Assembly (NCBI GenBank): GCA_963666515.2
Contig: OY762897.2
Span: 4,544,001 to 4,608,000, forward strand
DNA from: Candidatus Binatia bacterium
GTDB lineage: Bacteria > Desulfobacterota > Binatia > UBA9968 > JAJDTQ01
Length of the DNA: 64,000 nt
Direction: 5' to 3'
In this document: positions 40,613 to 50,858 of the stretch, piece after piece
Numbering within the stretch: position 1 is the first letter of the stretch
How the letters are laid out: each line of letters starts with the position of its first letter
Program-made: the position numbers and the translations under genes
Notes under the pieces: generated by a model
Seen by the model: the letters and a program-made list of their open reading frames with translations, nothing else
What the model was told of the DNA's origin: nothing
Database searches by the model: none

Positions 40613-41107
40613 ATGGCAATGGTTGAGCCCGCGAACGGCCCGCTGAGATTCGCCGCCGACAAGATGCTCGGCCGCTTGGCCAAGTGGCTCCGTATCATCG
40701 GGCAGGACGTCATCTACGGGCACCACCTCTCCGGACAGGGCTTGGTGCGGGCGGCGGCGCGCGAGCGGCGTGTCATGCTCACCCGGGACCGCAGGATCTG
40801 GCGCTGGAACCGGGAGCAGAGCATCTTCATCCGGGACGATCACTTCCGGGGACAGTTGAGACAGGTGGTGGCGGAATGCGGGCTGGACCCTTTCGAGGGT
40901 CTCCTGACCCGGTGCGTCGAGTGCAACGAGGCGCTCCAGCCCATCGCCCGGGAGCAGGTCAAGGAGACCGTCCCTCCGTACGTCTTCGAGACGCAGGAGG
41001 TCTTCTCCAGTTGTCCGGGCTGTAGCCGGCTCTTCTGGCCCGCCACGCACCAGAAGCTCATGATGGAGGAGCTTGAGCGCCTGGGATTCGCCGCTCCTGG
41101 AAATTGA
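40613..41107 (+). CDS. Mut7-C RNase domain protein
   Basis: Motifs 'DKMLGRLAKWLR..G.D', 'LTRDR', 'RC..CN', 'C..C....W'. Confidence 0.88.
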   Translation: MAMVEPANGPLRFAADKMLGRLAKWLRIIGQDVIYGHHLSGQGLVRAAARERRVMLTRDRRIWRWNREQSIFIRDDHFRGQLRQVVAECGLDPFEGLLTRCVECNEALQPIAREQVKETVPPYVFETQEVFSSCPGCSRLFWPATHQKLMMEELERLGFAAPGN

Positions 41108-41160
41108 AGCGGCCGTGTGCTAGGTTCCGTGTGTCAGGTCTGTCAGGTCTTACCAGCCGT

Positions 41161-41236
<76 letters not shown>

Positions 41237-41277
41237 TTCTTCTACCGCCAGACTGCTCCAACTCCAGGAGACGCGAT

Positions 41278-42042
41278 ATGGCGGAAACAACAGTATTCGA
41301 ATCGGGCGGGTATCGTTTCGTGCGGGGACGGTTTCAGTACTCCGGGGGCGTCTCCGCGGAGCCGGGATTCGTCATCGAACGCGCCCGGTTCCTGCGACCC
41401 GTGCCGCTCGACGAGGGGTTCCGACGGATCGAGGCCTATCTCGGCGCTCTCGGGCGGCCGCCCACCGCGTTCTGCGCTTGTGAGCTGCGCTCGCCCGGCC
41501 AGTTCACCGAGGAAGGCTTCGTTGCCTTCAATCGGCGCTATGTGGGCACGCTCGAACGCTGGGGCATCTTCAGGGACGAGGAGAACCCCGTCGCGCGATC
41601 CAACGTATGTCCCGAAATCGATCCTCCCGCCGAGCCCAGCTTCCATGCCTTCTCGTACACCGTGCCGGCCGAGGCGGGCCATGCCGCGGGAGTGAAGAGC
41701 TTCGTCATAGCGGGCTCCGGCGAAGCGCCCGAGGGACCCGGAGGGTATCGGGACCGGATCATCCGTCTCGGTGACACTGCGCCCGATGCCATGCGGGAGA
41801 AGGCGCAGTTCGTCCTCGGCGCGCTGGAGCTTCGGATGGCTGCGCTGGGCCTGACGTGGGCGGACGCCACCACCAGCCAGGTCTACGCGGTACATGATTT
41901 CCATGGGCTGCTCGCCGACGAGATCGTCCGCCGGGGCGCGGCGCCCGACGGTGTCACATGGACCTACGCCCTGCCGCCGGTGGAAGGATTGGCTTTTGAA
42001 ATGGACGTACGAAGCGTGCCGGTGGAGCGGGTGATCGGCTGA
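41278..42042 (+). CDS. CnbZ-like (2-amino-5-chloromuconate deaminase family) protein
   Basis: Motifs 'GGYRF...FQYSGGV.A.PGF', 'GRP.TAFCACELRSP', 'NPVARSNVCP', 'SFVIAGSGE'; CAGGAG RBS. Confidence 0.7.
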   Translation: MAETTVFESGGYRFVRGRFQYSGGVSAEPGFVIERARFLRPVPLDEGFRRIEAYLGALGRPPTAFCACELRSPGQFTEEGFVAFNRRYVGTLERWGIFRDEENPVARSNVCPEIDPPAEPSFHAFSYTVPAEAGHAAGVKSFVIAGSGEAPEGPGGYRDRIIRLGDTAPDAMREKAQFVLGALELRMAALGLTWADATTSQVYAVHDFHGLLADEIVRRGAAPDGVTWTYALPPVEGLAFEMDVRSVPVERVIG

Positions 42043-42091
42043 TGCCGGGGTCCTGATGTCCCGGTTTCGCGCCGCCGGAATCCCCGGTCAA

Positions 42092-42129
42092 GACAAGACC
42101 CCGATGGGAGAACCCATCGGGGTCTTGTC
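42092..42129. terminator. Hairpin between convergent genes
   Basis: GACAAGACCCCGATGGG-AGAA-CCCATCGGGGTCTTGTC, a perfect 17-bp stem with no clear U-tract. Confidence 0.55.
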
Positions 42130-42159
42130 GTCTCCGGCGTCGTGGAACGGGTGTCTGTT

Positions 42160-42591
42160 TCAGGACCCTTCGGGCCAGACGAAGTCCGGGCGAAGCCCTT
42201 CACAGACCGGGCGGCCGTCGTCCGGTCTCGGCACGCCGGTGGCCGGATCGTAGAAGGCGTGATAGGTCGCCGGCATGCTTTCCGGGTCAAAGCCCATCAG
42301 GTTCGGCGCGACCGCGCGAATGCGCTTCTGCTTGTCATCGAGCATGATGGGCGCGTCGCAGTTCTTGCAGGTGCAGAGCTCCAGGGGGCCGTCCGGGTTT
42401 TGATCGTTGAACGGCTGGCGGTTCAAAAGGTCGGGGTTGTCCACGCTGAGGTCGCCGTGATTGAAAAATGCGACATGGGTCGTGGGTTGTCCCGTAACGC
42501 GCTTGCACACGGAGCAGTGACAGGTGTGGACGTCGATCGGATCGGCCTCCGAGCTAGTGCGTATACACTTGCATCCTCCGGAATAAGCCAT
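42160..42591 (-). CDS. GFA/CENP-V family protein
   Basis: Motifs 'YSGGCKC', 'CHCSVCKR.TG', 'C.NC', 'H.FY'; GGAGGGG RBS. Confidence 0.82.
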   Translation of the reverse strand: MAYSGGCKCIRTSSEADPIDVHTCHCSVCKRVTGQPTTHVAFFNHGDLSVDNPDLLNRQPFNDQNPDGPLELCTCKNCDAPIMLDDKQKRIRAVAPNLMGFDPESMPATYHAFYDPATGVPRPDDGRPVCEGLRPDFVWPEGS

Positions 42592-42724
42592 GATTCCCCC
42601 TCCTTGTTTGCGCCCGCCAGTGTCGCCCACGATGAGCCCCTTCACCGTGTACATGCCCTCGATCGCGCCGAATATTATCCCAAGCGGCCCTTCCAATGCA
42701 ATAAATATCTTGACTTTGTGTCAG

Positions 42725-42764
42725 GGTTATATCAAATGATAAGTCATTATCATTTGATATAACC
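42725..42764. promoter_or_regulatory. AT-rich perfect 18-bp inverted repeat (operator-like)
   Basis: GGTTATATCAAATGATAA-GTCA-TTATCATTTGATATAACC. Confidence 0.6.
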
Positions 42765-42906
42765 ATTTGATATGGCGTTATCATTTAATATGATACAGCC
42801 CGAGAGCGGCGGCAAGGGCGTGCTGTACCCGTCGGCCCGCTAGTCGTTACGGCCGCTTTTGCTCGTTTGTCGAACGGGGTACAAATAGCTGACCGACGAA
42901 GGGCGA

Positions 42907-45681
42907 GTGACCGGAATGCCGACCCCCAACCAGACCCCCGAGCAGGCCGCGCGGGACAGGATCGACGAGATGCTGTCCCGCGCGGGATGGGTGGTTCAGG
43001 ACAACAGGAAGATCGATTTCAGCGCCAGCCCGGGGGTCGCGGTCCGCGAGTACCAGACCGATGTCGGCCCGGCCGACTATGTTCTGTTCGTGGACAAGAA
43101 ACCGGTCGGGGTCGTCGAGGCCAAGCCGGAGGATTGGGGCCAGAAGATCACCACGGTCGAGGAGCAGTCCTCGGCCTATGCCGCGGCCAAGCTCAAGTGG
43201 GTGAACAACCGGGAGCCGCTGCCGTTCGTCTACGAGTCCACCGGCGTGTTGACCCGCTTCACCGACGGTCGCGATCCCAAGCCCCGATCCCGCGAAGTGT
43301 TCGGCTTCCCCCGGCCGGATACGGTGCAGCACTGGCGCGCCCAGCCGGCTTCGCTCCGCAGGCGGCTCCAGGGGCTTCCGGCATTGGATACGGCAGGCCT
43401 CCGGGCGTGCCAAGTCAACGCCATCGAGAAGCTGGAGACATCCTTCAGGGATGACCGTCCGCGCGCCCTCATCCAGATGGCCACGGGTTCGGGCAAGACC
43501 TATACCGCCATCACGTCGATCTACCGGCTCCTCAAGCACGCCGACGCCAAGCGGGTCCTCTTCCTGGTGGACACCAGGAACCTGGGCGAACAGGCCGAGC
43601 AGGAGTTCATGGCCTACCTGCCCTGCGACGAGAACCGCAAGTTCACCGAGTTGTACAACGTCCAGCGCCTCAGGTCGTCCTTCGTGGCCAGGGACAGCCA
43701 GGTCTGCATCAGCACCATCCAGCGCGTGTATTCGCTCCTGAAGGGCCAGGAGATGGACGAGTCCGCGGAGGAGATCAATCCCGCGGAGATGGTTCAGCCC
43801 AGACAACCCATGCCGGTGGTCTACAACGACAGGATTCCGCCCGAGTTCTTCGACTTCGTCATCATCGACGAGTGCCACCGGTCGATCTACAACCTCTGGA
43901 GCCAGGTCCTGGAGTACTTCGACGCCTATCTCATCGGCCTCACCGCCACGCCGGACAGCCGCACCTACGGGTTCTTCAGGAAGAACGTCGTCAGCGAATA
44001 CGACCACGAGCAGGCCGTGGCCGACGGCGTCAACGTGGGCAATGAAATCTACATCATCGACACGGAGAAGACGCGCCAGGGCGGCCAACTCAGGGCGGAC
44101 CAGCAGATCGAGAAGCGCGAACGCCTGACGCGCCGGAGGCGCTGGACGGTGCAGGACGAAGACACCACCTATGCCGCCAACCAGCTCGACCGTAGCGTCG
44201 TCAACCCGGACCAGATCCGCACCGTCGTCCGCGCCTTCCGCGAAAAGCTGCCGGAGATATTCCCCGGCCGCGGGGAAGTCCCGAAGACGCTGGTCTTCGC
44301 CAAGACCGACAGCCACGCCGACGACATCATCCAGACCGTGCGCGAGGAGTTCGGCGAGGGCAACGAGTTCTGCAAGAAGATCACCTACCGGGTCGAGGAA
44401 GACCCGAAGTCCCTCCTCGCCCAGTTCCGCAACGACTACTACCCGCGCATCGCCGTGACCGTGGACATGATCGCCACGGGCACCGACGTGAAGCCATTGG
44501 AATGCCTGCTTTTCATGCGTGACGTGCGGAGCCGCAACTACTTCGAGCAGATGAAGGGCCGCGGCACCCGCACCCTGGGCCACGACGATCTCAGGAAGGT
44601 CACCCCATCCGCTCTCACCGCCAAGACCCACTACGTGATCGTGGACGCCGTGGGAGTCACGAAGTCGCTCAAGACCGCCAGCCGGCCGCTCATCACCCAG
44701 CCGTCGGTCCCGCTCAAGGACCTCGCCATGGGCGTGATGATGGGCGCCCGGGACGAGGACACGGTGGCGTCCCTGGCCGGCCGCCTCGCCCGGCTCGATC
44801 GACAGCTCGACCACGCCGAGAAGGAGCGGATCAAGGCGAAGGCCGGGGGCACGGAACTGACGCAGATCGTCGGCGATCTCCTGGCGGCCATCGACCCGGA
44901 CCGCATCGACGAGAAGGCGCGCGAGATCGAGCCCGTGTCCGAAGGCGCGAAACCGTCGCCGGTGGCCTACGACAAGGCACGGGAAAAGTTGGTCGGCGAC
45001 GCCGCGGCCGTCTTCAACGGCGAGTTGATCGAGCTGATCGACTCGATCCGCCGCGACAAGGAACAGACCATCGACCACGAAAGCCTGGACAAGGTCCTCC
45101 GCGCCGAATGGGAAGGCGACGCTCAAGAGAACGCCGAGGCCATGGTCCAGGACTTCCGGAGCTACCTGGAAGCCCACCGCGACGAGATCGAAGCCCTCAC
45201 AATCTTCTACGCCCAGCCGCATCGCCGCCGGGAGCTGACCTACGCCATGATCCGCGAGGTGTTCGACAGGCTCAAGAGCGACCGGCCACTGCTGTCCCCC
45301 TTGCGGGTGTGGCAAGCCTACGCCCTGCTGGATGAATACAAGGGCGGCCAACCGGCCAGCGAGTTGACGGCGCTGGTCGCCCTGATCCGCAGGGTGTGCG
45401 GCATCGACGCGACCCTGTCGCCCTACGCCGAAACCGTGCGCCGCAACTTCCAGAACTGGATCATGACTCACCACAGCGGCGGCGGCGAGAAGTTCAACGA
45501 GGACCAGATGGAGTGGCTCCGCATGATCCGGGACCACATCACCCACTCCTTCCACCTGGAACGCGGCGACCTCGACATGGCGCCATTCGACGGCAAGGGC
45601 GGGTTGGGCAGGATGTACCAGTTGTTCGGGGAGCGGATGGACGGCGTGATTGATGAGTTGAATGGGGTGTTGGCGGGATGA
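42907..45681 (+). CDS. hsdR: Type I RM restriction subunit
   Basis: Motifs 'PEQAARDRID', 'ADYVLF...VVEAK', 'MATGSGKT', 'DECHRS', 'TATP', 'QMKGRGTR', and an EcoEI-type C-terminus. Confidence 0.93.
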   Translation: MTGMPTPNQTPEQAARDRIDEMLSRAGWVVQDNRKIDFSASPGVAVREYQTDVGPADYVLFVDKKPVGVVEAKPEDWGQKITTVEEQSSAYAAAKLKWVNNREPLPFVYESTGVLTRFTDGRDPKPRSREVFGFPRPDTVQHWRAQPASLRRRLQGLPALDTAGLRACQVNAIEKLETSFRDDRPRALIQMATGSGKTYTAITSIYRLLKHADAKRVLFLVDTRNLGEQAEQEFMAYLPCDENRKFTELYNVQRLRSSFVARDSQVCISTIQRVYSLLKGQEMDESAEEINPAEMVQPRQPMPVVYNDRIPPEFFDFVIIDECHRSIYNLWSQVLEYFDAYLIGLTATPDSRTYGFFRKNVVSEYDHEQAVADGVNVGNEIYIIDTEKTRQGGQLRADQQIEKRERLTRRRRWTVQDEDTTYAANQLDRSVVNPDQIRTVVRAFREKLPEIFPGRGEVPKTLVFAKTDSHADDIIQTVREEFGEGNEFCKKITYRVEEDPKSLLAQFRNDYYPRIAVTVDMIATGTDVKPLECLLFMRDVRSRNYFEQMKGRGTRTLGHDDLRKVTPSALTAKTHYVIVDAVGVTKSLKTASRPLITQPSVPLKDLAMGVMMGARDEDTVASLAGRLARLDRQLDHAEKERIKAKAGGTELTQIVGDLLAAIDPDRIDEKAREIEPVSEGAKPSPVAYDKAREKLVGDAAAVFNGELIELIDSIRRDKEQTIDHESLDKVLRAEWEGDAQENAEAMVQDFRSYLEAHRDEIEALTIFYAQPHRRRELTYAMIREVFDRLKSDRPLLSPLRVWQAYALLDEYKGGQPASELTALVALIRRVCGIDATLSPYAETVRRNFQNWIMTHHSGGGEKFNEDQMEWLRMIRDHITHSFHLERGDLDMAPFDGKGGLGRMYQLFGERMDGVIDELNGVLAG

Positions 45682-47261
45682 AAGACCAGCCAACACCGGA
45701 CGTGCCCATCGGTTGGGAATGGGCGAGCCTTGACGCGGTCACGGAACTGAACCCACGATTCGAAATCGCCACCCGCACGGACAATCCGAATGTGTCGTTT
45801 GTACCTATGCCTGCCGTGGAGGCCGGTACGGGCATCGTTGATGTCAGTCGTACACGACGCCTTGAAGAGGTGAGAAAGGGCTACACTCATTTCAGAGAGG
45901 GCGACGTGCTTTTCGCCAAGATCACGCCGTGCATGGAAAACGGCAAGATGGCGGTCGTCCCGCCTCTGGAGAACGATCTTGGTTTCGGATCGACCGAGTT
46001 CCATGTGCTGAGGCCATACCGAGGAATTAGTCCACAGTACATCTACCACTATGTCTCGTCGCAACAGTTCCGCAGCCGAGCGCAACACAACATGACCGGC
46101 GCCGTCGGTCAGCGTCGTGTTCCGGCTTCCTATGTGGCGGATCAATCTGTGCCGATTCCACCGAGTTGTGAGCAACTACGCATCGTCGCCAAGATCGAAG
46201 AACTCTTCTCGGAACTCGACAGGGGCATCGAGAGTCTGAAGACAGCGCGCAGGCAGCTTGATGTCTATCGACAATCTGTCCTGAAGCACGCCTTCGAGGG
46301 GAAGCTCACGACACAATGGCGCGAAGAGAACAAGGACAAGCTTGAGACGCCAGACCAGTTGCGCGCCCGCATCAGGCGGGAGCGGAAAGAACACTACGAG
46401 CGGCAGCTTCAGAAGTGGAAACAAGCTATCAGCGGGTGGGAGGAGGCTGGCCAAGCAGGTAAGAAGCCGAGGAGGCCTGTGACTGTCGAGAGACTAACGG
46501 AAGAGGCCAATGCTAGATCGGAAGGACTTCCTGTCAACTGGACGTCGTTTTGCGCTGATTCACTGGGAGTCATTCAACTTGGTCGACAGCGGTCTCCCAA
46601 GAACAGATCGCGGGACTATCCAACGAAGTACATCAGGGCGGCAAACATCACGGAACGGGGTTTGGACTTGGACGATGTCCTTGACATGGATTTTCGTCCC
46701 GATGAAGTCGACGCATACCGGCTTGAGAAAGCGGATTTAGTGCTTTCGGAAGCCTCGGGGAGCCCAGCGCAGGTTGGAAAGCCGGCGATTTGGGCTGACC
46801 AAATCCCGAATTGTTGTTTCCAGAACACGGTTATAAGACATCAACCGCATCGTCGAGAACACGCTCCATATCTTTATTGGGTGTATCGCTTCTTCTACTT
46901 GAACGGGAAGTTCGCACAAGTTGCTGGGGGTGTTGGGATCAACCACTTGAGTGCATCCAAGTTTAGCCGGATGGTCGTTCCTCTGTGTTCCCTTCCAGAG
47001 CAAAGACAAGTGGTCGGTCTATTGGAGCAGCTATTCTCCGAGATAGAGCAGAACGAGCGCGAGATCATTACCGTCTTGGAGCAGGCCGAGGTGCTTCGCC
47101 AGTCGATTCTCAGGAAAGCATTCTCCGGCCAACTGGTCCCCCAGGACCCGGATGACGAGCCCGCTTCCATCCTGCTGGAGAAGATCAGGCTCGATAGGGA
47201 GAAGGCTGTTAGAGGCGCTCCAACCGCCAGACGAAAAAGGAAAACAACGCCTGTGGAATGA
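45678..47261 (+). CDS. hsdS: Type I RM specificity subunit
   Basis: Motifs 'P.GWEW', 'GDVLFAKITPCMENGK', 'PIPP..EQ.RIV.KIEELFS', 'LRQSILRKAFSGQL.PQDP.DEPA'. Confidence 0.92.
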   Translation: MKDQPTPDVPIGWEWASLDAVTELNPRFEIATRTDNPNVSFVPMPAVEAGTGIVDVSRTRRLEEVRKGYTHFREGDVLFAKITPCMENGKMAVVPPLENDLGFGSTEFHVLRPYRGISPQYIYHYVSSQQFRSRAQHNMTGAVGQRRVPASYVADQSVPIPPSCEQLRIVAKIEELFSELDRGIESLKTARRQLDVYRQSVLKHAFEGKLTTQWREENKDKLETPDQLRARIRRERKEHYERQLQKWKQAISGWEEAGQAGKKPRRPVTVERLTEEANARSEGLPVNWTSFCADSLGVIQLGRQRSPKNRSRDYPTKYIRAANITERGLDLDDVLDMDFRPDEVDAYRLEKADLVLSEASGSPAQVGKPAIWADQIPNCCFQNTVIRHQPHRREHAPYLYWVYRFFYLNGKFAQVAGGVGINHLSASKFSRMVVPLCSLPEQRQVVGLLEQLFSEIEQNEREIITVLEQAEVLRQSILRKAFSGQLVPQDPDDEPASILLEKIRLDREKAVRGAPTARRKRKTTPVE

Positions 47262-47282
47262 ACACCGTCGTCCGGTGGCGGG

Positions 47283-47624
47283 TTGAACTATCTTCGACTA
47301 TTCTTGGTCTACGTGATGGCGACACAGGAAGAAGCGGCGGCGCAGGCTTTCGACGCAGCGTTGCGCAGCCACGGCCGGGAACACGGAGGAGAGATCATGT
47401 CCTATGCCCAGCAACTCCTGGAGGAAGGCCGGAAGAAAGGTCGGAACCAAGGTCGAGTGGAGGGCGCACGACAAGGAAAGGTAGGAGTGGTTGAAGGTCT
47501 TCTGAGGGTCGGAGTGTCGTGGGAAGTGATCGAGTCGGCGACAGGGCTGAACGAAGCCGGTTTCCATGCCCTCAAGGAGCAGTTGTCGGCGTCCGACCGG
47601 TCCGACGGGCAGGGGGTGGAGTAG
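47283..47624 (+). pseudogene. C-terminal fragment of an Rpn/YhgA-family protein (possible 75-aa mini-ORF from ATG 47397)
   Basis: 'MSYAQQLLEEGRKKG..QG..EG..QG...LLRVG....IESATGL' matches Rpn C-termini; GGAGGA RBS before ATG 47397. Confidence 0.65.
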
Positions 47625-47653
47625 AGGCCGTAGCGGGGCCACGGCATGACCGG
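47379..47653 (+). repeat. Diverged direct repeat, copy 1 (copy 2 at 52023-52280)
   Basis: Both copies start GAACACGGAGGAGAGATCATGTCCTATGC and end CACGGCATGACCGG. Confidence 0.9.
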
Positions 47654-47730
47654 CGAGCTTCCCATTAACCTCCACGAGCTGCTGCGCCAGCGGACCATCG
47701 AGGGTGAACGGGTAGAGTAAAAGGCCGGCT
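47646..47730 (+). pseudogene. N-terminal remnant of an AlbA_2/ATP-binding protein gene
   Basis: Reads MTGELPINLHELLRQRTIEGERVE*KAG, with the stop at 47718 inside an 'EYKAGW'-like motif. Confidence 0.55.
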
Positions 47731-47765
47731 GTCCCATCGGCTTAACCAGGAGTTTCTGCGGGATA

Positions 47766-48257
47766 TCAGCAGCGATCTGGCTTCTGAAGCAGCCGGCCGT
47801 TTCGGGAAGAAGGGCTAGCCAGAGATGTCTCGAACTCCCGTTCAGTTCCTCGTAGCCACTGATCAAACATCCGCGCGGTCCGTTCTGTCCGATTCCCACC
47901 CAGTGCACATTCCCAAATTATCGCCACTCGCCACCCGCCTTCCAACAGCTTCTGTCGTACGATTCGGTCGCGCTCCACATTGACCATGAACTTTGCCTGC
48001 CAGTATTCCCAGCGAGTAGACGGGTCCGTCGTGCGACGGCAACCGGCATGGCGGTGCCAAAAGCAACCATGAACGAAACACACCGCCCGGAATTGTCGGA
48101 ATGTGAGATCGGGCGTGCCGGGGAGGCTCGCAACATGAACGCGGTACCTGAGGCCACGCCCGTGTAGAGCCCTTCGCAACGTAAGCTCTGGTTTCGTGTT
48201 CCTTGTACCGATCCGCGCCATGCGCAGCCGGGTTGCTTGATCTACGGAATCAATCAT
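47766..48257 (-). CDS. vsr: Very short patch repair endonuclease
   Basis: Motifs 'MARI..RNTKPE', 'G.RYR', 'LPGTPD', 'FVHGCFWH.H', 'N.ERD', 'GWRV..IWEC'. Confidence 0.93.
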   Translation of the reverse strand: MIDSVDQATRLRMARIGTRNTKPELTLRRALHGRGLRYRVHVASLPGTPDLTFRQFRAVCFVHGCFWHRHAGCRRTTDPSTRWEYWQAKFMVNVERDRIVRQKLLEGGWRVAIIWECALGGNRTERTARMFDQWLRGTEREFETSLASPSSRNGRLLQKPDRC

Positions 48258-48505
48258 CCTAGCTTGTGCCAAAATTTTGACGTGCGACGAGGCGAAGCTA
48301 TTGATTTTTTGGGAGAAATGCAAGGAGATGGGGCGGCTAATGGGCATGGCCCAGATGGAAGCCGAGGAGGCGGCAAGCTCAGGCATGCGACCCGCCGGTC
48401 GAGCCGTGATCGGCCCCCTCCGATTTCCCGCCCGCCCGCAACCCGTCTACCGCTGAACCACTAATCATGATATCCTGGTTTCATCATTGTCGAAGGGAGC
48501 CGTTG

Positions 48506-48727
48506 GTGGAAGCGACAAAGGGCGAGATCTCTGACCTAGATTCTGAAGAGGTGCCACTCCAGGTCACCGTCCCGCCTCGGATCAAGCGCGAGCTCGACAT
48601 CCTCGCTGCTGGCGCCGGCCGTACAAAACGATCCATGGTCCTGGAAGCGCTTCGGGCCGTGGGGGTGAACGCTACCGACGCGGAAATCGCCGGTCGCCGA
48701 CCACGACGCAGCCCAAAGAGCATGTAG
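48506..48727 (+). CDS. Small ribbon-helix-helix-like regulator
   Basis: 'VPLQVTVPPRIKRELDILAA...TKRSMVLEAL' has a beta-alpha-alpha pattern; GTG start after GAAGGGAG. Confidence 0.55.
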   Translation: MEATKGEISDLDSEEVPLQVTVPPRIKRELDILAAGAGRTKRSMVLEALRAVGVNATDAEIAGRRPRRSPKSM

Positions 48728-48734
48728 GCCGCTG

Positions 48735-50858
48735 ATGGCTGACGACAAGTACAAGATGACCATCTCCCGCCTGACCGTCGACAAGTTGGGGGTCAAACTC
48801 TATGACCGCGTGTCGGCAGTGATTGCGGAGCTTGTTGCCAACGGATACGACGCCGACGCTGAAACGGTAACGGTTGAGGCCCCTATGGGAACGTATCTCG
48901 CGACGGTCTCGCAAGGGCAGATTCAGGACGCCGGCCATCGAATCGTCGTGCAAGACGACGGGTGCGGAATGTCTCCTGACGTCATAAACCCGTTTTATCT
49001 CAAGGTTGGCGCAGAAAGGCGCAATGATCCCGAGCGTGGCAACAAAAGCGCTAAACATGGACGCTTGGTAATGGGCCGTAAGGGTGTGGGTAAACTCGCC
49101 CCCTTCGGCATTTGTAACCAAATTGAAGTCATCTCCACTGGAGGCGACCTGACAGAGCGTTCTGAAAGCGGCAACGTCATTAGCGGCTACCGTACCGCCC
49201 ATCTCATCATGAGGAGGGACGCGATCCTCTCTGATGTTGACGAGGAGTATGCACCAACATTGGGTGACTTGGATGAGACCCTTCAGCCTGATCCGGGCAC
49301 ACGCATCATAATGACGGAGTTCATCAATCGTATGGTACCGGAACTGGAGACTTTTAACCGGCAACTGGCACAAAGATTTGGAGTTAAATCAGAAAATTGG
49401 CAGATAAGGCTCGTTGATACCAACCTTGTCTCCGGCACGACGGGCCGAGAAGTGGTAGTCGGAGATTTTGCGATACCGACGATGCCGAGTACGCGTATCT
49501 CACTTCAAGGCCCTACATCTGAAGTTGTCGGTCACTCCCGTAAGGGAGAATTCCGCGCAATCGACGAGGATGGCAACGAAGTACCTGGTGCTGAGGCCGG
49601 GTTCACGTTCCACGACGGCAGATTCTATCCTGTCGTCGGTTGGGTTGCCTACGCGAGAGAGTCCTATCGCGACGAGTTGATGGCCGGTGTGCGCATTTAC
49701 TGTCGCGGAAAAATCGCCGCGCAGACGAGCGTCTTCAATCGAAGATCAGGCTTCACCGGCGAATTCAACATACGAAGCTATCTTGTTGGCGAACTGCATG
49801 TAGATTGGTTGGATGAGGACGAGGACCTCATCCAAACAGACCGTCGCGACATCCTGTGGTCCGATCCTCTCGGCCAAGCATTTGAAAAGTGGGGCCAGAA
49901 TATCGTCACGCTCATTGGCACAAAGTCCCGAGAACCGATGAAAAAGAGGATCTGGGAGCAGTTCCTTGAAGTCGGGGACGTTGCGGAGCGAATCGACGAG
50001 GCCTATCCCGGCGAACGTTGGAAACCTGTTCGGGAAACAACATTTCGGTTAGCCAAACTAATGGGCGAACGGTTGCGAGAGGACGAGGTCAAGGACGCAG
50101 AACATGTAGAATCTCTTGTCCAGCTTAGCCTCATGTTGGGACCGCACGTCCAGCTTGACGAAGCGTTGCGCGACGCCGCAAATGAGGAAAAGGCACCGAT
50201 AGGCGTGATGGCCGCCATTCTTAGGACAGCCCGTGTCGCCGAACTCTCCTCTTATGGAATGATCGCTGAAAAGCGTGTCCAGGTAATCGGAAGGATCCTC
50301 GGACTTACGGGCACAGATCAAACTGATGAACAACAACTCCAGGACGCGCTTTTCGAAGCACCTTGGCTAATCAATCCACTTTGGTCCCCCATCACCGCAA
50401 ACCAATCCCTCTCAACCCTTCGCGACAGATTCGAGACGTTCTTCAAGGAGCAGACTGGTCAGGACATTTCGCTGGCCAGGTTTTCTGAAAGCAAGAAGCG
50501 ACCGGACTTCGTTTTGTCGAGTGACGATTTTGGGTTGCAAATCTTTGAAATCAAAAAGCCCAAGCATAAGCTAACGAACACTGAGTGGGAAAGGGTGCAG
50601 GTCTACATCGACCAAATGCAGGCGTTCCTGGACGCTCAGGGCAATCAGGAATTCAAGGAGATATTCAAACGTTTCACGGTGACGATAGTATGTGACCAGA
50701 TCGGGTTGTCAGGGTCCCAACTAAAAGCATTCCGGGCTTTTGAAGGAGAAAAGCAAGTCGAACACATTACGTGGGATGGTTTTCTGCTTCGGACGCGTCG
50801 GATGCACCAGGAGTTTCTCGAGGAAGCTGAGCGTCAGCGAGCGCTGGAGATTCAATGA
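48735..50858 (+). CDS. GHKL (MORC/HATPase_c_3) ATPase with C-terminal PD-(D/E)xK nuclease-like domain
   Basis: GHKL motifs 'LYD...ELVANGYDADA', 'DDGCGM', 'GRKGVGKLA', 'GT.I'; C-terminal 'PWLI.P...RPDF...IFEIKKP...QVY'. Confidence 0.85.
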   Translation: MADDKYKMTISRLTVDKLGVKLYDRVSAVIAELVANGYDADAETVTVEAPMGTYLATVSQGQIQDAGHRIVVQDDGCGMSPDVINPFYLKVGAERRNDPERGNKSAKHGRLVMGRKGVGKLAPFGICNQIEVISTGGDLTERSESGNVISGYRTAHLIMRRDAILSDVDEEYAPTLGDLDETLQPDPGTRIIMTEFINRMVPELETFNRQLAQRFGVKSENWQIRLVDTNLVSGTTGREVVVGDFAIPTMPSTRISLQGPTSEVVGHSRKGEFRAIDEDGNEVPGAEAGFTFHDGRFYPVVGWVAYARESYRDELMAGVRIYCRGKIAAQTSVFNRRSGFTGEFNIRSYLVGELHVDWLDEDEDLIQTDRRDILWSDPLGQAFEKWGQNIVTLIGTKSREPMKKRIWEQFLEVGDVAERIDEAYPGERWKPVRETTFRLAKLMGERLREDEVKDAEHVESLVQLSLMLGPHVQLDEALRDAANEEKAPIGVMAAILRTARVAELSSYGMIAEKRVQVIGRILGLTGTDQTDEQQLQDALFEAPWLINPLWSPITANQSLSTLRDRFETFFKEQTGQDISLARFSESKKRPDFVLSSDDFGLQIFEIKKPKHKLTNTEWERVQVYIDQMQAFLDAQGNQEFKEIFKRFTVTIVCDQIGLSGSQLKAFRAFEGEKQVEHITWDGFLLRTRRMHQEFLEEAERQRALEIQ

